A stretch of 63,935 nt of DNA, filler included, from Olpidium bornovanus S191 (taxonomy: Eukaryota > Fungi > Olpidiomycota): NCBI GenBank assembly GCA_017911155.1. It is 31 parts of 31 records of this genome, joined end to end, with 100 filler letters (N's around TTAATTAATTAA, not from the genome) between each part and the next. Parts side by side here need not be neighbours in the genome. Positions count along the whole stretch, not along the records: positions 36,711 to 37,791 come from JAEFCI010005468.1; positions 37,892 to 41,397 come from JAEFCI010003599.1; positions 41,498 to 46,709 come from JAEFCI010002342.1; positions 46,810 to 48,796 come from JAEFCI010002366.1; 27 more parts are not named here. One strand, 5' to 3'. Below the pieces are notes generated by a model that ran no database searches, was not told where the DNA came from, and worked only from the letters and a program-made list of their open reading frames with translations. Of the stretch, positions 37,027 to 48,559 are shown one piece after another. A program made the position numbers and the translations under genes. Within the stretch, counting starts at the first letter, position 1, and every line of letters begins with the position of its first letter.

Positions 37027-37708
37027 TCACCGCGCCGCGGCAGAAGCGGAGCCCGGCGACGCCTCCCGGTCCGAGTCGGCGGCGGTCGGCCCGCTCTGCA
37101 GCTGCGGCGGCGGCGGGTTCTGGTCGGCGGGCGGCGGCGGCAGCGGCGGATGCTGAGCCGGAGGCGTCGGCGGCGGCGGCGGCGGCGCAGGCTGAGCCGG
37201 AAGCGTCGGCGGCGGCGGCGGCGGCGCAGGCTGAGCCGGAGGCGTCGGCGGCGGCGGGTAAACCGTTCCGGCCAGAGGCCCCGCCGGGCCCCAGCCGTCC
37301 GGCGCGGCCCGCGGCGGCCCGGGCCGGTCCCGCGACGCGACGGGCGCGAGCGGGACTTCGGCCGCGGCGGCCGGGCGCGGGCCAGGCTCCGGGTCGGCGG
37401 AGAACGCCGCCGCCGGTTTTCCGAGCTTCCACTGCCCGGTGCCCGGAGGGCCGTCCGCCTCCCAGAAGGCCACGAACCGGCCCCACCACGTCCCGCGCAG
37501 GCCCTCGAGGCGGTAACCCCAGTGGTACAGCGTCCACGCGCCCCAGGTGAACAGGAACCCGGCCGCGACGTCGATGGTGTAGTGCAGCGTCGTCAGGACG
37601 AGGGAGAACATGCCGAAGACTGAGAAGAGCGCTATCGGGACGGAGAGCCACAGGGGGGCGAAGTAGCAGTAAGTCAGCATCGTGGTCGTGAAAATTATCG
37701 TGTGGCCG
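37027..37708 (-). CDS. Sphingomyelin synthase family (SMS/CPE/IPC synthase, PAP2_C domain), C-terminal exon
   Basis: After a CAG acceptor: (S)GHTIIFTTT (D3) and TLHYTIDVAAG (D4) with flanking hydrophobic segments, then a Pro/Ala-rich tail. A possible further intron starts at 37030. Confidence 0.85.
37152..37257 (-). repeat. 39-bp coding tandem repeat x2.7 (13-aa PPPPPPTPPAQPA-type unit) in the SMS-like tail
   Basis: Units at 37152, 37191 and 37230. Confidence 0.85.
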
Positions 37709-37739
37709 CTGAACGACGAGGGGAGCAGCGTCGGGGGAA

Positions 37740-37783
<44 letters not shown>

Positions 37784-37891
37784 CGGCCGCGNNNNNNNNN
37801 NNNNNNNNNNNNNNNNNNNNNNNNNNNNNNNNNNNTTAATTAATTAANNNNNNNNNNNNNNNNNNNNNNNNNNNNNNNNNNNNNNNNNNNN

Positions 37892-39585
37892 ATCACCGTT
37901 GGCGCCGAAAGCCTGGCCGAAGACGGCGTAACCGTCCCCATCCGCATCCAGAGTATCCCAGACGACGACAAAACCGCCGTCCCACCGGCTTGCAGCTTTC
38001 GCGTCGCCCATGTCAGTCCCGGTGAAGGTGTTGACTTGAAACCGGTCGGAAATTCTGACCCCTTTGGAGTCGAACCGCTGGGCCAGTATCTGAGGCGGCG
38101 CAGCAGAAGGGGCCGGTGCTGGCGCCGTTTGCCGTTTCGAAAAGGCTCGCAAGCGCGGTGCCGCTCGAAGGCGAGATCGCTTGCGCGGCATTCCCGCCGG
38201 CGCGACGGGCTTTGATTGCCAGGCAACGACGTAACCTTTGGATGAATCTGACGCGCCGGCAATGGAAGGCCGGGGCTGATTTGTCAAAATAGAACTCGCG
38301 GCGCTGATTTCAAACTGCGGTCCCTCGGGGTGCGCGGCGCTGTCAAATAGCTGGCCGCGAACGATCAGCGGCGAGACGCTCCCAGGCTGCGCGCCGCTCG
38401 GGACGCCGTCGGCTTGGGCTGACCATGCCACGAGGTTGCGCCCGTCAGGCAAACTAGCGACGGTGATGTCGCTCTGAAAATTTGAATCGCTGAAGGAATT
38501 CACGGTCGTCTCGTCCGTTATCGGCACTCCGTCGAGGCCAAAGACGCGGACAAGGATATTTCTCCCGGCCGTTATTCCCACTTGGTACGATATCCAGCTG
38601 ACGATGAAGCCGGACGTCCCGTTGGTGGTGTCCAGGATTCCCGCGACTGCAGGGCTGACGTGCTGGCTGCTTGCGTCTTGAGAAATCTTATTCCCCAAAA
38701 TTCGCACCGCGTCGGCGAGCCGACCGGCAGCTGTGTGAACCGCCGCCTGCGTTTGAACCGGAAACTGTCCGTCCTGCGCTAGCCAAGCGAAGCAAAATTG
38801 TCAACTCACCGCGATTTCGTTCCCGGCCGGCAGCCCGTCCGGACCGAATACCCTGGCGATGATCGTTTCGACTCGGCGCGGCGATACCGGCGTGACCAAC
38901 ACCGTGGACTGATAAACAACCACGAAGCCGCCTGACGCCAGCGGGGCAACGGAAGGCCTTCGTTGGTCGAAGAGCGTGTTCACATTAACCTGAAACTCGG
39001 CGCCAACGGGCACCAGGCCGCTCGTGTTGAGGGGTTGTTCGTACAGCTGCCCGTACACGCCGAGCCCGGATCCGTCCTGGCCGTTGCTCGTCCACACCGC
39101 CACCAACCCTGGGCGACCGTCGTCGCCGCCGCCGCCGTCGGCGACGATCGGTGTCGCTCGCTCACTTTGGGGCGACGGAAACTTGAGCGACGCTAGGACC
39201 GGCGAAGTCTAAGGAGCGCGCACCGGGAAATTTTGTTGGCCTGTCGCCGACCCCGCGGCCCCCATCCTTTCCCAACCATCTACCGGCCAAAAAAAAAAAA
39301 AAGCCGGAGCCCTGCCGAAGCACCCCTGAGGAGGTGGCGGGGTGGGCGGTGTTCTGCGAGAACGAGTGCGCGGGCGCCCACCTGCGTGTCGGTCGTGTAC
39401 GTGTTGATGCGAAACTCGGGGCCGGCGCGCAGCAGGCAACTCTGAGAAGGCTGCGCGCGCCCGCCGCAGGCCACGAGCGCGACCAGCGCGACTGCCGCGC
39501 CGCACGTCGTCTTCGCCGACGCGATCAGCCCGGGGTCGCACGCGTCTTCCGCCGCCGGCCTCCCGCTCCTCCTCCACGTCCGCAT
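37892..39585 (-). CDS. Secreted or membrane-anchored protein made of at least 6 bacterial-style repeats (predicted beta-propeller), 3'-truncated (exons 39382-39585, 38810-39208, 37892-38686)
   Basis: Hydrophobic N-terminal segment GAAVALVALVAC; repeats such as EFQVNVNTLFDQRRPSVAPLASGGFVVVY and RFQVNTFTGTD...WDGGFVVVWDTLDADGDGYAVFGQAF; two phase-0 GT-AG introns. Confidence 0.85.
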
Positions 39586-40051
39586 TTTCCGGGGTGGGTG
39601 GGTTGCGCCGCGGCGGCGGGGCGCCCGACAAGCGGGAAAGTGCAGGGGCGGGAGGCGCGCGGGACCGCGCGCGGCGATCCGGCTTCTCGTTTGCGCGGCG
39701 CGCCCCGCCACCGCCCAGGGTACCCCACCACCCCCAACCACCCACCCAACCCAGCCAGCCCCGCTGCCTCGAGACCGTATACCCCGTCTTGGACTGCGTG
39801 TTCTCCGCAATGAAAATGCTTGTCTGCGCTGTCCGGCTGCAGTGAGGCATTGGGGGAACCGGGCAATGAAGCGGTGCTGGAAACGCACGCTTGAGCCTGT
39901 CGGGGGAAGATGTGCGGGGAAATCCATGCTACGAAACTGGTGCATTGAGGTCGTTCGGGAAATTCTGCGTGCCTTCACCTCCCCGTTTGTCGTCGTCGTT
40001 GCGTGGAAAATCCGCAACATAGGCGATCGCACATGCATAATCGAGCATTAG

Positions 40052-40240
40052 GATGAGATCCGATTTCACCTAACCATGTACTGCGAGCAATGCCCATGGA
40101 TGGAGCCTTTTGTACAGTGCAATGACATCGAAAAATGTATGAAACCTGTCATCACCTGCGCAAGGCTGCCGGCCACCGTGAGGAGCAAAGCTGCTGCAAG
40201 TCCGCCCCCTGTCGGCAGTTTGAATGACATTCCGCTTTAA
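40052..40240 (+). CDS. Possible terminal exon of an unidentified gene (DEIRFHLTMYCEQCPWMEPFVQC...*)
   Basis: TAG acceptor, then 63 codons to TAA. No matching upstream exon found, and a CATG lies about 20 nt upstream. Confidence 0.3.
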   Translation, partial: DEIRFHLTMYCEQCPWMEPFVQCNDIEKCMKPVITCARLPATVRSKAAASPPPVGSLNDIPL

Positions 40241-41497
40241 GGGGCGGGTTCGGGCGCCCCTTCAACGGGTCTTTGGCTGCTTTGGAAGTTGATTTGGCGG
40301 TGCACATCGCGGATTTGCGCCTGGGGTTTTTGGTAATTTGATCTGGCCGGTGTTCAAAAAATTTGCCCTAAAGACAAGCCGATTCATCAAAATGGAAGGC
40401 GGGCCGCCCGTTGGCCTCCCCGTCCTCTCTAATCGATCGACCGACGGTCCCAACCGCTCCCGTCGCCACCAACGACTCCGCTCCCGTAATAGTCTGATGT
40501 GATCAGTAATTATGGCTGGCAGAGAAAAAGTTTCGGCGTCGCGGTCGGTTTGCATCCCAGCCAGGTTCTCCGTCTCTTGCAGCTGCTGCTCGCCGCTCTG
40601 TCGCAGGAGTTGTACGCCCTCGCGAGCAGGAGGGACAACACAGCGCAGACTGCGTGGGTCGCTGGTGCTCTGGCTGCCGACACGGCAGGGAAGAGGGAAG
40701 AAAGCATAAGCTTTTCTGCGCAGACTGTGCATTTATCAATTATAAAATATACTTCTTACAATTTATTTTCTGCCCCTTGAAGCATGGGTCGAAGTCCAGT
40801 CCTGAGGTCTAAACCACTTCCTCTGCTCTGCCCCACGTGCCCTTGGACGCGATTCCTCGCTTCCCGACTCGGCAGGGTTATGCTTGCTTTTCACCCGACT
40901 GCGCAATTTCCCTCCAGTATTTTGTCCTGTTACCGCATTAACCGCAGACTTCTGTCTGGCAAAACATTGGGTGATAAAGTTAGCGTTGACATGTCTGAGA
41001 CACTGCCAAAAGAGTTTTTTCATAAACTCTAAAATTGTCAACAAACAGGTTGGTCTTCGTTCGATCCAAGCCACGTTGGCCGCCACGGGTATTTTTTCTC
41101 AAGCAAAACCCCTACGGTGCAAAAACGCCTAGTCCAGACATCAGCGATTGCCCCAGCATGCTCCCTCATGACCGTTGCAAAAAGCATACGGTGACTGAGA
41201 ACACCAAGGTGCACAGGAAAAGGCAGAGGCAGGGGCAGAAATTTTACCAATCCACCCCGAATAATTGTTGTTGAATACCAAATCCACAGAGAACCAGACC
41301 AGAGCGAGATTTATTGCTACCAAATCTATCATCGTTCCCTCCAGATCGGGCTCGAAATTGTCCTTTTCTTGGTGATTTCAGGAGGGCCATCCGCATGNNN
41401 NNNNNNNNNNNNNNNNNNNNNNNNNNNNNNNNNNNNNNNNNTTAATTAATTAANNNNNNNNNNNNNNNNNNNNNNNNNNNNNNNNNNNNNNNNNNNN

Positions 41498-41750
41498 CAT
41501 GAGTGGGGACACTGCCATCAAGGAGGCGACAACCCTGCACATAAAAAATACCGGCGCCATAGAACTTGCGAGAGATGTCAAGGCATTGAGGAGATCCAAG
41601 CACATTAACACTTGGTATCATCACCTCCGCCAATGCGTCGCCGATGGGACCGTAACTGTGAGAGAATCTCATCTGCCGAGACCCCCGGTGATACATTCAC
41701 CAAGCCGTTAAACAAAGCAAAGTTCGCGGGGTTCAAGACGCGTGGGATGC
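41498..41750 (+). mobile_element. Degenerate Ty1/Copia retrotransposon RNase H C-terminal remnant
   Basis: TTLHIKNTGAIELA...RRSKHINTWYHHLRQCVADGTV, then after a frameshift RISSAETPGDTFTKPL (consensus DN.GAI.LA..SKHID..YH..R...AD..TK.L). Confidence 0.85.
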
Positions 41751-42665
41751 GACGAGGGCTAAAGAGTCGTCCCACCACGGAAGGAGGATCACGAAGGAAG
41801 AAACGGACAAAAGAGGGCAATCCGGCGCAACCATTGAGGATACGGAGTTTACGGATCTGCATTTCCCCTTTTTCGCCTAGTGAGGCGGGGCGTCGGAGAG
41901 AGGAGGCGCAGCACAAATGCGAAAATGGACTGGACGGGCATAGCGAGACTAGTCTTGCAGGAGCGAAACGAGAAAAACCTTTTATTTCTGCTTCCCCGTC
42001 TTCGTCTTGGTCTTTGGGCATCCGCGCTCTCGGGGAAGGGGCGGAAGCGGGCGAGCGGGCGGGCGGGGAAGGGAAAGGAAAGGGGCCGGAAAGGGAAAGG
42101 GGCGGACAGGGGAAGAGCCTGGGAAAAAAAGGTGGCGGGAAACCCAAGAGCGAGAGAGCAGAGAGAGCAGAGAGAGTGACGGACGCCCAGAACGCTCTGC
42201 GGGGTCTCTCTCGGAACTGGCGCGCCCGCGTCGTCGCCGAAGGAGGCGGCCTCCCCGCTCGCAGCCACGGCGGCGGCCCGGTTGACGCTTTCTGCTGACG
42301 GCGAAGAGAGCGTGGCGCCGAAGGCCTGTCCCGCCGGCCGGCGTCCCGTCCACCCACCTTCCTCCACCCCCTCCTCCCCCCCCACCCCGGCCGAGAGAAG
42401 CCCCCCGACAGGCTTCGCCGCGTTTTCTCTTTATCTTGTTTTTGGCTTTTCCGTTCTCTGCATGACTTTCCGTGCCGAGTAAAGGCCAATGCTGCTCGCC
42501 GTCAAGGTCGTGCTTACCGGTAAGGCTCGCAAGGCTCACCTCTCCTACTCCGGTTCGGCCCCCTCGTCGCTCGTCGCCGCCCCAAACGCGCTCTAACATT
42601 GCACCGCCGTTGCGAATCCTTTCCGCTGCGCCCAAAATCTCTCGTCGGTTGAACTCGTTCTTTTA

Positions 42666-44948
42666 ATGCTACCGCCAAAAGTTCTTGACGGTTTGGTCTT
42701 CCCGCTCCTGTCGTTGCTTGCTTTTGGAGGCTTCCAGACCTCTCTCCAACTAGCGAAGGACGACGACGAACAGGACAAGGGCATGGGCCAGATTTACGCC
42801 ACGCTCTTTATCCACAGCGCGCCGACGGTTATGGTATGTCCCGGAACGGTTTTTGACAATTTGCTGTATTCACACGTGTTCCGTAGAGCGCGACTTTTGG
42901 GAAGAATTGAGTTCTTGCTGCGCTTGGAAGTATAACAGTCGCATCCGCGCCCCCCAACACAGGCAGTTTCGCTCGTGGCTATATGGCTGCCGCTTTATGA
43001 GGCGTTCCCCCTGTGGCTCCATGTGACGGTCTGCCTGCTCCCGGCGCTGGTCCTCGTTCTCTTCCTCGCGAACCTTATGACGTTCGAAGTAGGGCGCGGC
43101 CAGGTCATCCGCAGCGCGCGCGCGCTGCTGAATCGGGGGCGGGGCCACATTTTTAACAGCTCTGCGGTCGCGGGGGACGGCCAGTCTGTTTCGTCGTTGG
43201 GCCGGACTAATGGGTGGGAGTGGTGGGAGAACTTTCGGAGTAAAAAGAAAAGGGAGGATCTCACCGTCAACGAGGAAGAGGCCACGAGGGTCGGCTCGAA
43301 GCGGTGTAGCGCCGCCTCACCTCAACCGGACGCAAGCGAACCCCACGACCAGACAGGCCAGCCACACCAGCCGCATAAGCACGATATTCGGCAGAAGCCC
43401 GTTGAGCAAGTCAATATCATTGAGCCCGAGGAAATAGAACCGGAGCTGAACGTTGCTCTCCCTGCCGCGGCGCTGTCAGACCAGCAGCTGCGGTCGCCGG
43501 AACATTGGTCGGATGCCCAACTCCACGCGACTTTGCCTTTCCCGACACACGTCGACACCTTGCAAGTTGAACGGCCTGTCCCTTCGCGCACGCAAACGCT
43601 ATCGAGCGTGGCTGGATCTGTTCTCCTGGAAAGGCGAAGGGCACATTCGCTGGAACCGGATGCACCCAGCCTGTGGCGAACGCTGACGGAGTGCCCTCGA
43701 CGGGCAGCCGTCAAATGGATCGACACTTGGGCCAGGCCGCTTGATTGCGGAGCCGGTCACGGAAGCGAGGAAAGCGAAATTATCAGCTCGACATATCAAA
43801 AGGGGGAATGGTCGGCGCCTGCAACCTGCGGCCGGTTTGACCAATGGACGGCTCCGCCGGGTGCCCAGAACCGCGTCGAGGACGTCGAGCAGAGAGGTCA
43901 GCCGCGGCTCCCGGCGGTCATTCGGAATTCCGCGTGCTTCCTCGTGGTCTTCCTTCCCGTGATTGCCGCGCGGATGACACTCTTCGCGGTTGTCTACGCT
44001 ACCCTGACGCCGCTGTTGGTGTTGGTGTTCTGCGTTTTTTTCCCTGTGGCGTCTGTCCTTTGCTCCGTTCTACACCTGTGGGAAGCGGTTTCACACTCCG
44101 CCACGCAGACCTCGAGCTTCCACGTCCTCTACACCCCTTCGACGATATTCGTCTGGCTAGCCAGCAGCGTCGTCGCCGTGCTGGTTGCGCCGACCCTTAT
44201 GTGCGGCCTCTGGCTACTCGGCATCGCCGTTTGGGGGGGGTGGCGATCCATACCGGTCGTGGGGCAGCTGGAAGCCGACATGATTGCGGGCGAAGGGAAT
44301 CTGGACGCGGCGGACGCGAAAGCCGGCGGCGCAGCGCCCGAGCGAAGGAAAACGGATTCCGCTCAGTTCACCTGCGCCGCTTCCTCCAGACTGGAATCAA
44401 AAACGTCTGGCGGTCGCTGCGCCGATCGCCGGGCATTAAACCGCCGCGCGCGGGAGGATGGGGAAGAGGATGAGCGTGCGGTGAAAGTGATGTTCCTGCC
44501 CGACGTTCCCCCCCCGGCCGCACCGCCACGATCTGCGCCGTGTTCGTGCTGCCCCGCGGGGCAGACGGGCGACTCCGTTCCCGGCGGTCCGGCCGGATAT
44601 TTGGACCCGGAAGCGGAGTCGTCCGGCGCAGCCGTCGCGCGCGACCGTCCGGCTGGTCTGGAAGGGACGGCGTCTTCGCCCTGCGCGGACGGCGGACCGT
44701 CTGGTACGCACCCGCTCGTGGTCGATCACGCCGGCGGCGGCGGCGGCGGGGGCGACGGCCGGCGGCCTCGTGCGCAGTCGCGCCGATCTTCGTCGTCGTC
44801 GTCATCCGCCGTCCGCCGTTCACGGCGGGCTTTCTGGGTCACCCCGCGGTTACGTCGCCCGCCGCGGCCTTTCCGCGAAGTCGTCGCCGAGAGCTGCAGG
44901 CTAATCGCCGAGGACGTCCGCAGACAGAAGCTTTTCATTTTTGGGTGA
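42666..44948 (+). CDS. Orphan multi-pass membrane protein (exon 42666-42833, intron, long exon about 42963-44948)
   Basis: Phase-0 GTATGT...CAG intron; two clusters of hydrophobic helices separated by a long polar loop. No family recognised. Confidence 0.6.
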
Positions 44949-45729
44949 GACAGCCCGGCTCACCCGTCAAAAACCTCCAGAAATAAAAAAATGAAAGTTC
45001 GACCATTTTTTCATTCCTTTTTTTTTTCCCTTCGTTTACCTTCCCCCTACCACTTCGAATTTCATACCGGTTTCCCGGCGCATTATCCCCGTTCATATTC
45101 ATTTTTTTTTTGTTTTTACGTCCGGAAAGTCCCTCCCTACCATTGTATATACGTGTGCTTGTGTATATATCTTACCTTCAGTCATAGAATTTCTGTCCGC
45201 CTCTGGTCTGTCCTGCACATAAAATTTTCTCACCCGTCTGTCTGATTGGCGGGGCCGACCCCTCCTCTTCTGATGATTTGCCTTTGGTTTCGAAACGAAG
45301 CGCGCGGGAAGAAAAAACAGAAACAATTTTGAAGGAGGCGTTAAAAGTCCGGATCATGATTTTTTTTTTCAAAGGGTGCCGTTTTCACCAAAAATTTGCT
45401 GATGTACCAATCGTTCCTTTCCGGCCTCCCAAGATGCGATATGCAGACAAAAGGTGAGGCGGAACGACCGAAGAGGATGGAGGAGGGGGAGCGGAGGGGG
45501 AAGATTGTACACGACAATGAATGATTACAACAGTGGGAAGTTTCATGTCGGGGGAAAATTTGTTCCTCTTCTGTGAGTTGGTTTGAGGGGTAGAGGAGGG
45601 AATGAGGGTGGGAGGGGAAGAGCTCGACGAACAGAGGAGGCGACAGACCCAAAGAAAGCCGATCCTGTAGCGTTGTAAGTTTGAGATTGGGCGGGATGGG
45701 GAATGTTCGCATTTCATTTGTGGTCCGAG

Positions 45730-45766
<37 letters not shown>

Positions 45767-45880
45767 AACCGATGTTTAGACGTTCGACGGGGCAAAATAA
45801 CAAGCGGAAAAAAAGCCGGAAAAAAATCAGGGTTCAGCAGGCCCCTCGCCCACCCCTTCCGCCCCCGCATTGGGCGGCTG

Positions 45881-46709
45881 CTAGACGAGCTCGAGGTATC
45901 CGCCGCTTGGCCCGAGCACGCTTTCCCGCGTTCTCCCCGGGCTTATCCCCCGCCGGGGGCCGGTCGCGACCGCCCCTGTCGCGAATCCGGGCAAGTCGCC
46001 GTCGTCTAGCACATCCATCGACGGCGCACGAGTGTCCGCGAAGTCGATGGTCGTCTCCCGGGCGCTAAGGTTTCTGCGGTTCCTGAAAGAACCCGCGAAA
46101 AAAAAAAAAAAAAAGAATCAGGCGGCGAAGAATCACCGACCATTTGCGGTCGGAGAAGCGCCAAGGGAAGAAAACGAAATTACGTCCGGGTCCGGGCTCC
46201 GGATATCTGAAAACGGGACTTACTTCCGAAGCATAAGAAACAGCCTCGCGGACTGGACGACGTTTCGAAAAACCAGTAAGGCCGTGTCCGTAATGGTAGT
46301 GCCTCGCGCGCACGACCCAAGTAGCACCGGTATCAGGATGATAACACATAGAGACACCACGACGAGGTCGAAGATATTGCTGTAGGATCTCCAGTAGAGC
46401 TGCACGCAAAGAAAGTTACCGTCCGACTGTAAATGTCAAGTCATAAACTAGAGGACTGTCCCGAGACACGGTGCGTTGGTGCCCGCGCCATCGCAGGATG
46501 AAAATCGGCGATCTCACCGTCGTACCGTTCCCATTGCCACAAGCCGAATGGTCACCTCCAGCACCATTGTCAAGTTCACCACAATTTCCAGGAACTTGAA
46601 CGTTGCCGACGGGCTGCGTTTTCCCCCGCCCCATTCAGACTTTTCCCTTGCAGTTCCGCAAAATATGAGGTCCACAACAGCACTGCTTCTCGCGGACAGA
46701 CATACCATG
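45881..46709 (-). CDS. Voltage-sensor-domain-only (Ion_trans-like S1-S4) protein, 3' part (exons 46526-46613, 46224-46399, 45881-46082)
   Basis: (C)PSATFKFLEIVVNLTMVLEVTIRLVAMGT|LYWRSYSNIFDLVVVSLC...TDTALLVFRNVVQSARLFLMLRK|NRRNLSARETTIDF...*; stop reached with no pore domain. Confidence 0.8.
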
Positions 46710-47349
46710 NNNNNNNNNNNNNNNNNNNNNNNNNNNNNNNNNNNNNNNNNNNNTTAATTAATTAANNNNNNNNNNNNNNNNNNNNNNNNNNNNNNNNNNN
46801 NNNNNNNNNCATGCATACTTGAACAGACATTTCGGTGCCTCCCGCTGTATCTACTTAAAACAACCCGAGGGACTGACCATATCGCCGCCGACATTTTAGG
46901 TCTGTCGACACCTTGAGTGTTCTGAACAGCCTCAACGAGGCCGGTGCATTCGGTTCCATACACTCTACGCACTCCTCATTTCCATAGGATTCTTGCAAGT
47001 CCCATCTGAGCCTTGCCTCTTCCCCTTGCCGACCTTCGGTGCCCCTCGGGGTGGGGAGAACCAGGTGAAAACGGCAGGTGGGCCTGCGGGGCATCAAAGG
47101 ACATTTGACCTCACCTCAGTCTGCGAGGTAATGTTTCCGAGGCGACGGTTTACGTCCGACCTCACAGGTTCGGCAGGCACCACGGGCGATATCTCATGGT
47201 CAACTTCCGGTCATGCGATGTGTTGTTGTGTGGTTTTGTGGGAAGAAGGTACAAAAGGGGGGAAGGGGAGGGGGGGGGGGCAACGACAGGGATTCTGTGG
47301 GGAAGGGGCCAGGGGGGGACGAGGAGGGCAACTTCCGACGAACGAAACC

Positions 47350-48559
47350 ATGTCATACCCTGTGCACTTGACCATGCCGTCGCGGCTGTCCGGAGTGGGC
47401 GGCGGAGTGGCAGGAGGAGGGACCGCGGACTCGCGGGCGCAGAAGAGGACCTCGATACTGGGGAGGAACCTGAACAAGCTGCGGTCGTCGGAGGGGGGGC
47501 CCGGTCGGCTGGGAACGGAAACTTTTCGTTCCGCCCCCCCCCCTTCCCCCCACGCTTCTCGACCAGAAGCCGCAGGTTGTCGCGACCGGAATTGTCTGAT
47601 GATCTCCGGTTTGCTGCCCGTGAACGCTGCGCTTTGTGCTTGCCTTAGGTTAGCCTCAACGCGTTCACGTTCCTTTTCTCGGAGATGCTGCAGTACACGC
47701 AGAAGCGCGTGGTGGGGATTCAAGACCTCGAGTTGAAGTGAGGAAAACATCCTTTTTTCCCACACCGCGAAGTTTTTCCTGCTTTCCCTACGCTGGGTCG
47801 TCCCTTTCTTTTTTTTTTTTTTGTTTTTTGCCGTTTGCGTTGACCTTGTGGGTGCTCCGGTATCGTGGTCCCGCCCTGCTCCGATGTCGCCGGCGTGCCG
47901 TCGTCCCGTTCTCGAACTCAGACTGAGCCAGTTTGGTTACCGCGTGGGCCTGCGCGTGCTGGAGCTGACCGTGTGGCGGGAAAAGAACAGCCGGCGGGAA
48001 ACGAGGGTACTGGGGATGCTATATTTCATCCACAACACCGTTTGGAAGAGCCTGTTCGGGCGGCAAGCGGATTCGCTCGAGAAGAGCACGGAAAATGCGG
48101 ACGAGTGTGAGTAGCAGTATCGCAAACGACAGGCACGACGAGACGGCCGGGACGCTGGTCGTATCAGCCCCCGCCGCCCCGCCTGAGCATCGTCCTCCTC
48201 CTCTTGTGACCCTCCCGTGCCCGGCGTGGACCGCCAGACATGATCATAGACAATGAGCCTGTGATCAGCAAGTTCATATCCGTGCCGAAGGAACTCAGTC
48301 AACTCAATTGTGCTGCTTTCGTCGCGGGGATTATTGAGGCGGTTCTCGACGGATGCCAGTTTGTGAGTGCCTTGCCGCTGTGACGGGGTGCGCTGCCACA
48401 GCAGAGGAGCTACTTTCTGAATCCGTCATTTCCCAACAGCCGGCAAGGGTTACAGCTCATTCGACGCCCACCGATGCGCTTCCACTGCGGACGACCATTC
48501 TGATCAAACTCGACGCGGATGTGCTCCGACGGGACGAGGCTCTGGGCTTGAACAAGTAG
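47350..48559 (+). CDS. TRS31: TRAPP complex subunit Trs31/TRAPPC5, essentially complete (first donor obscured by a G-run)
   Basis: [86 protein letters not shown]. Confidence 0.94.

Noticed and set aside
47480-47510. Missing GT donor in TRS31 exon 1, and odd residues in the cysteine synthase at about 61600, as non-canonical splicing or pseudogenisation
   Set aside because: They coincide with G-runs or isolated substitutions in otherwise intact conserved genes; sequencing error is more likely.
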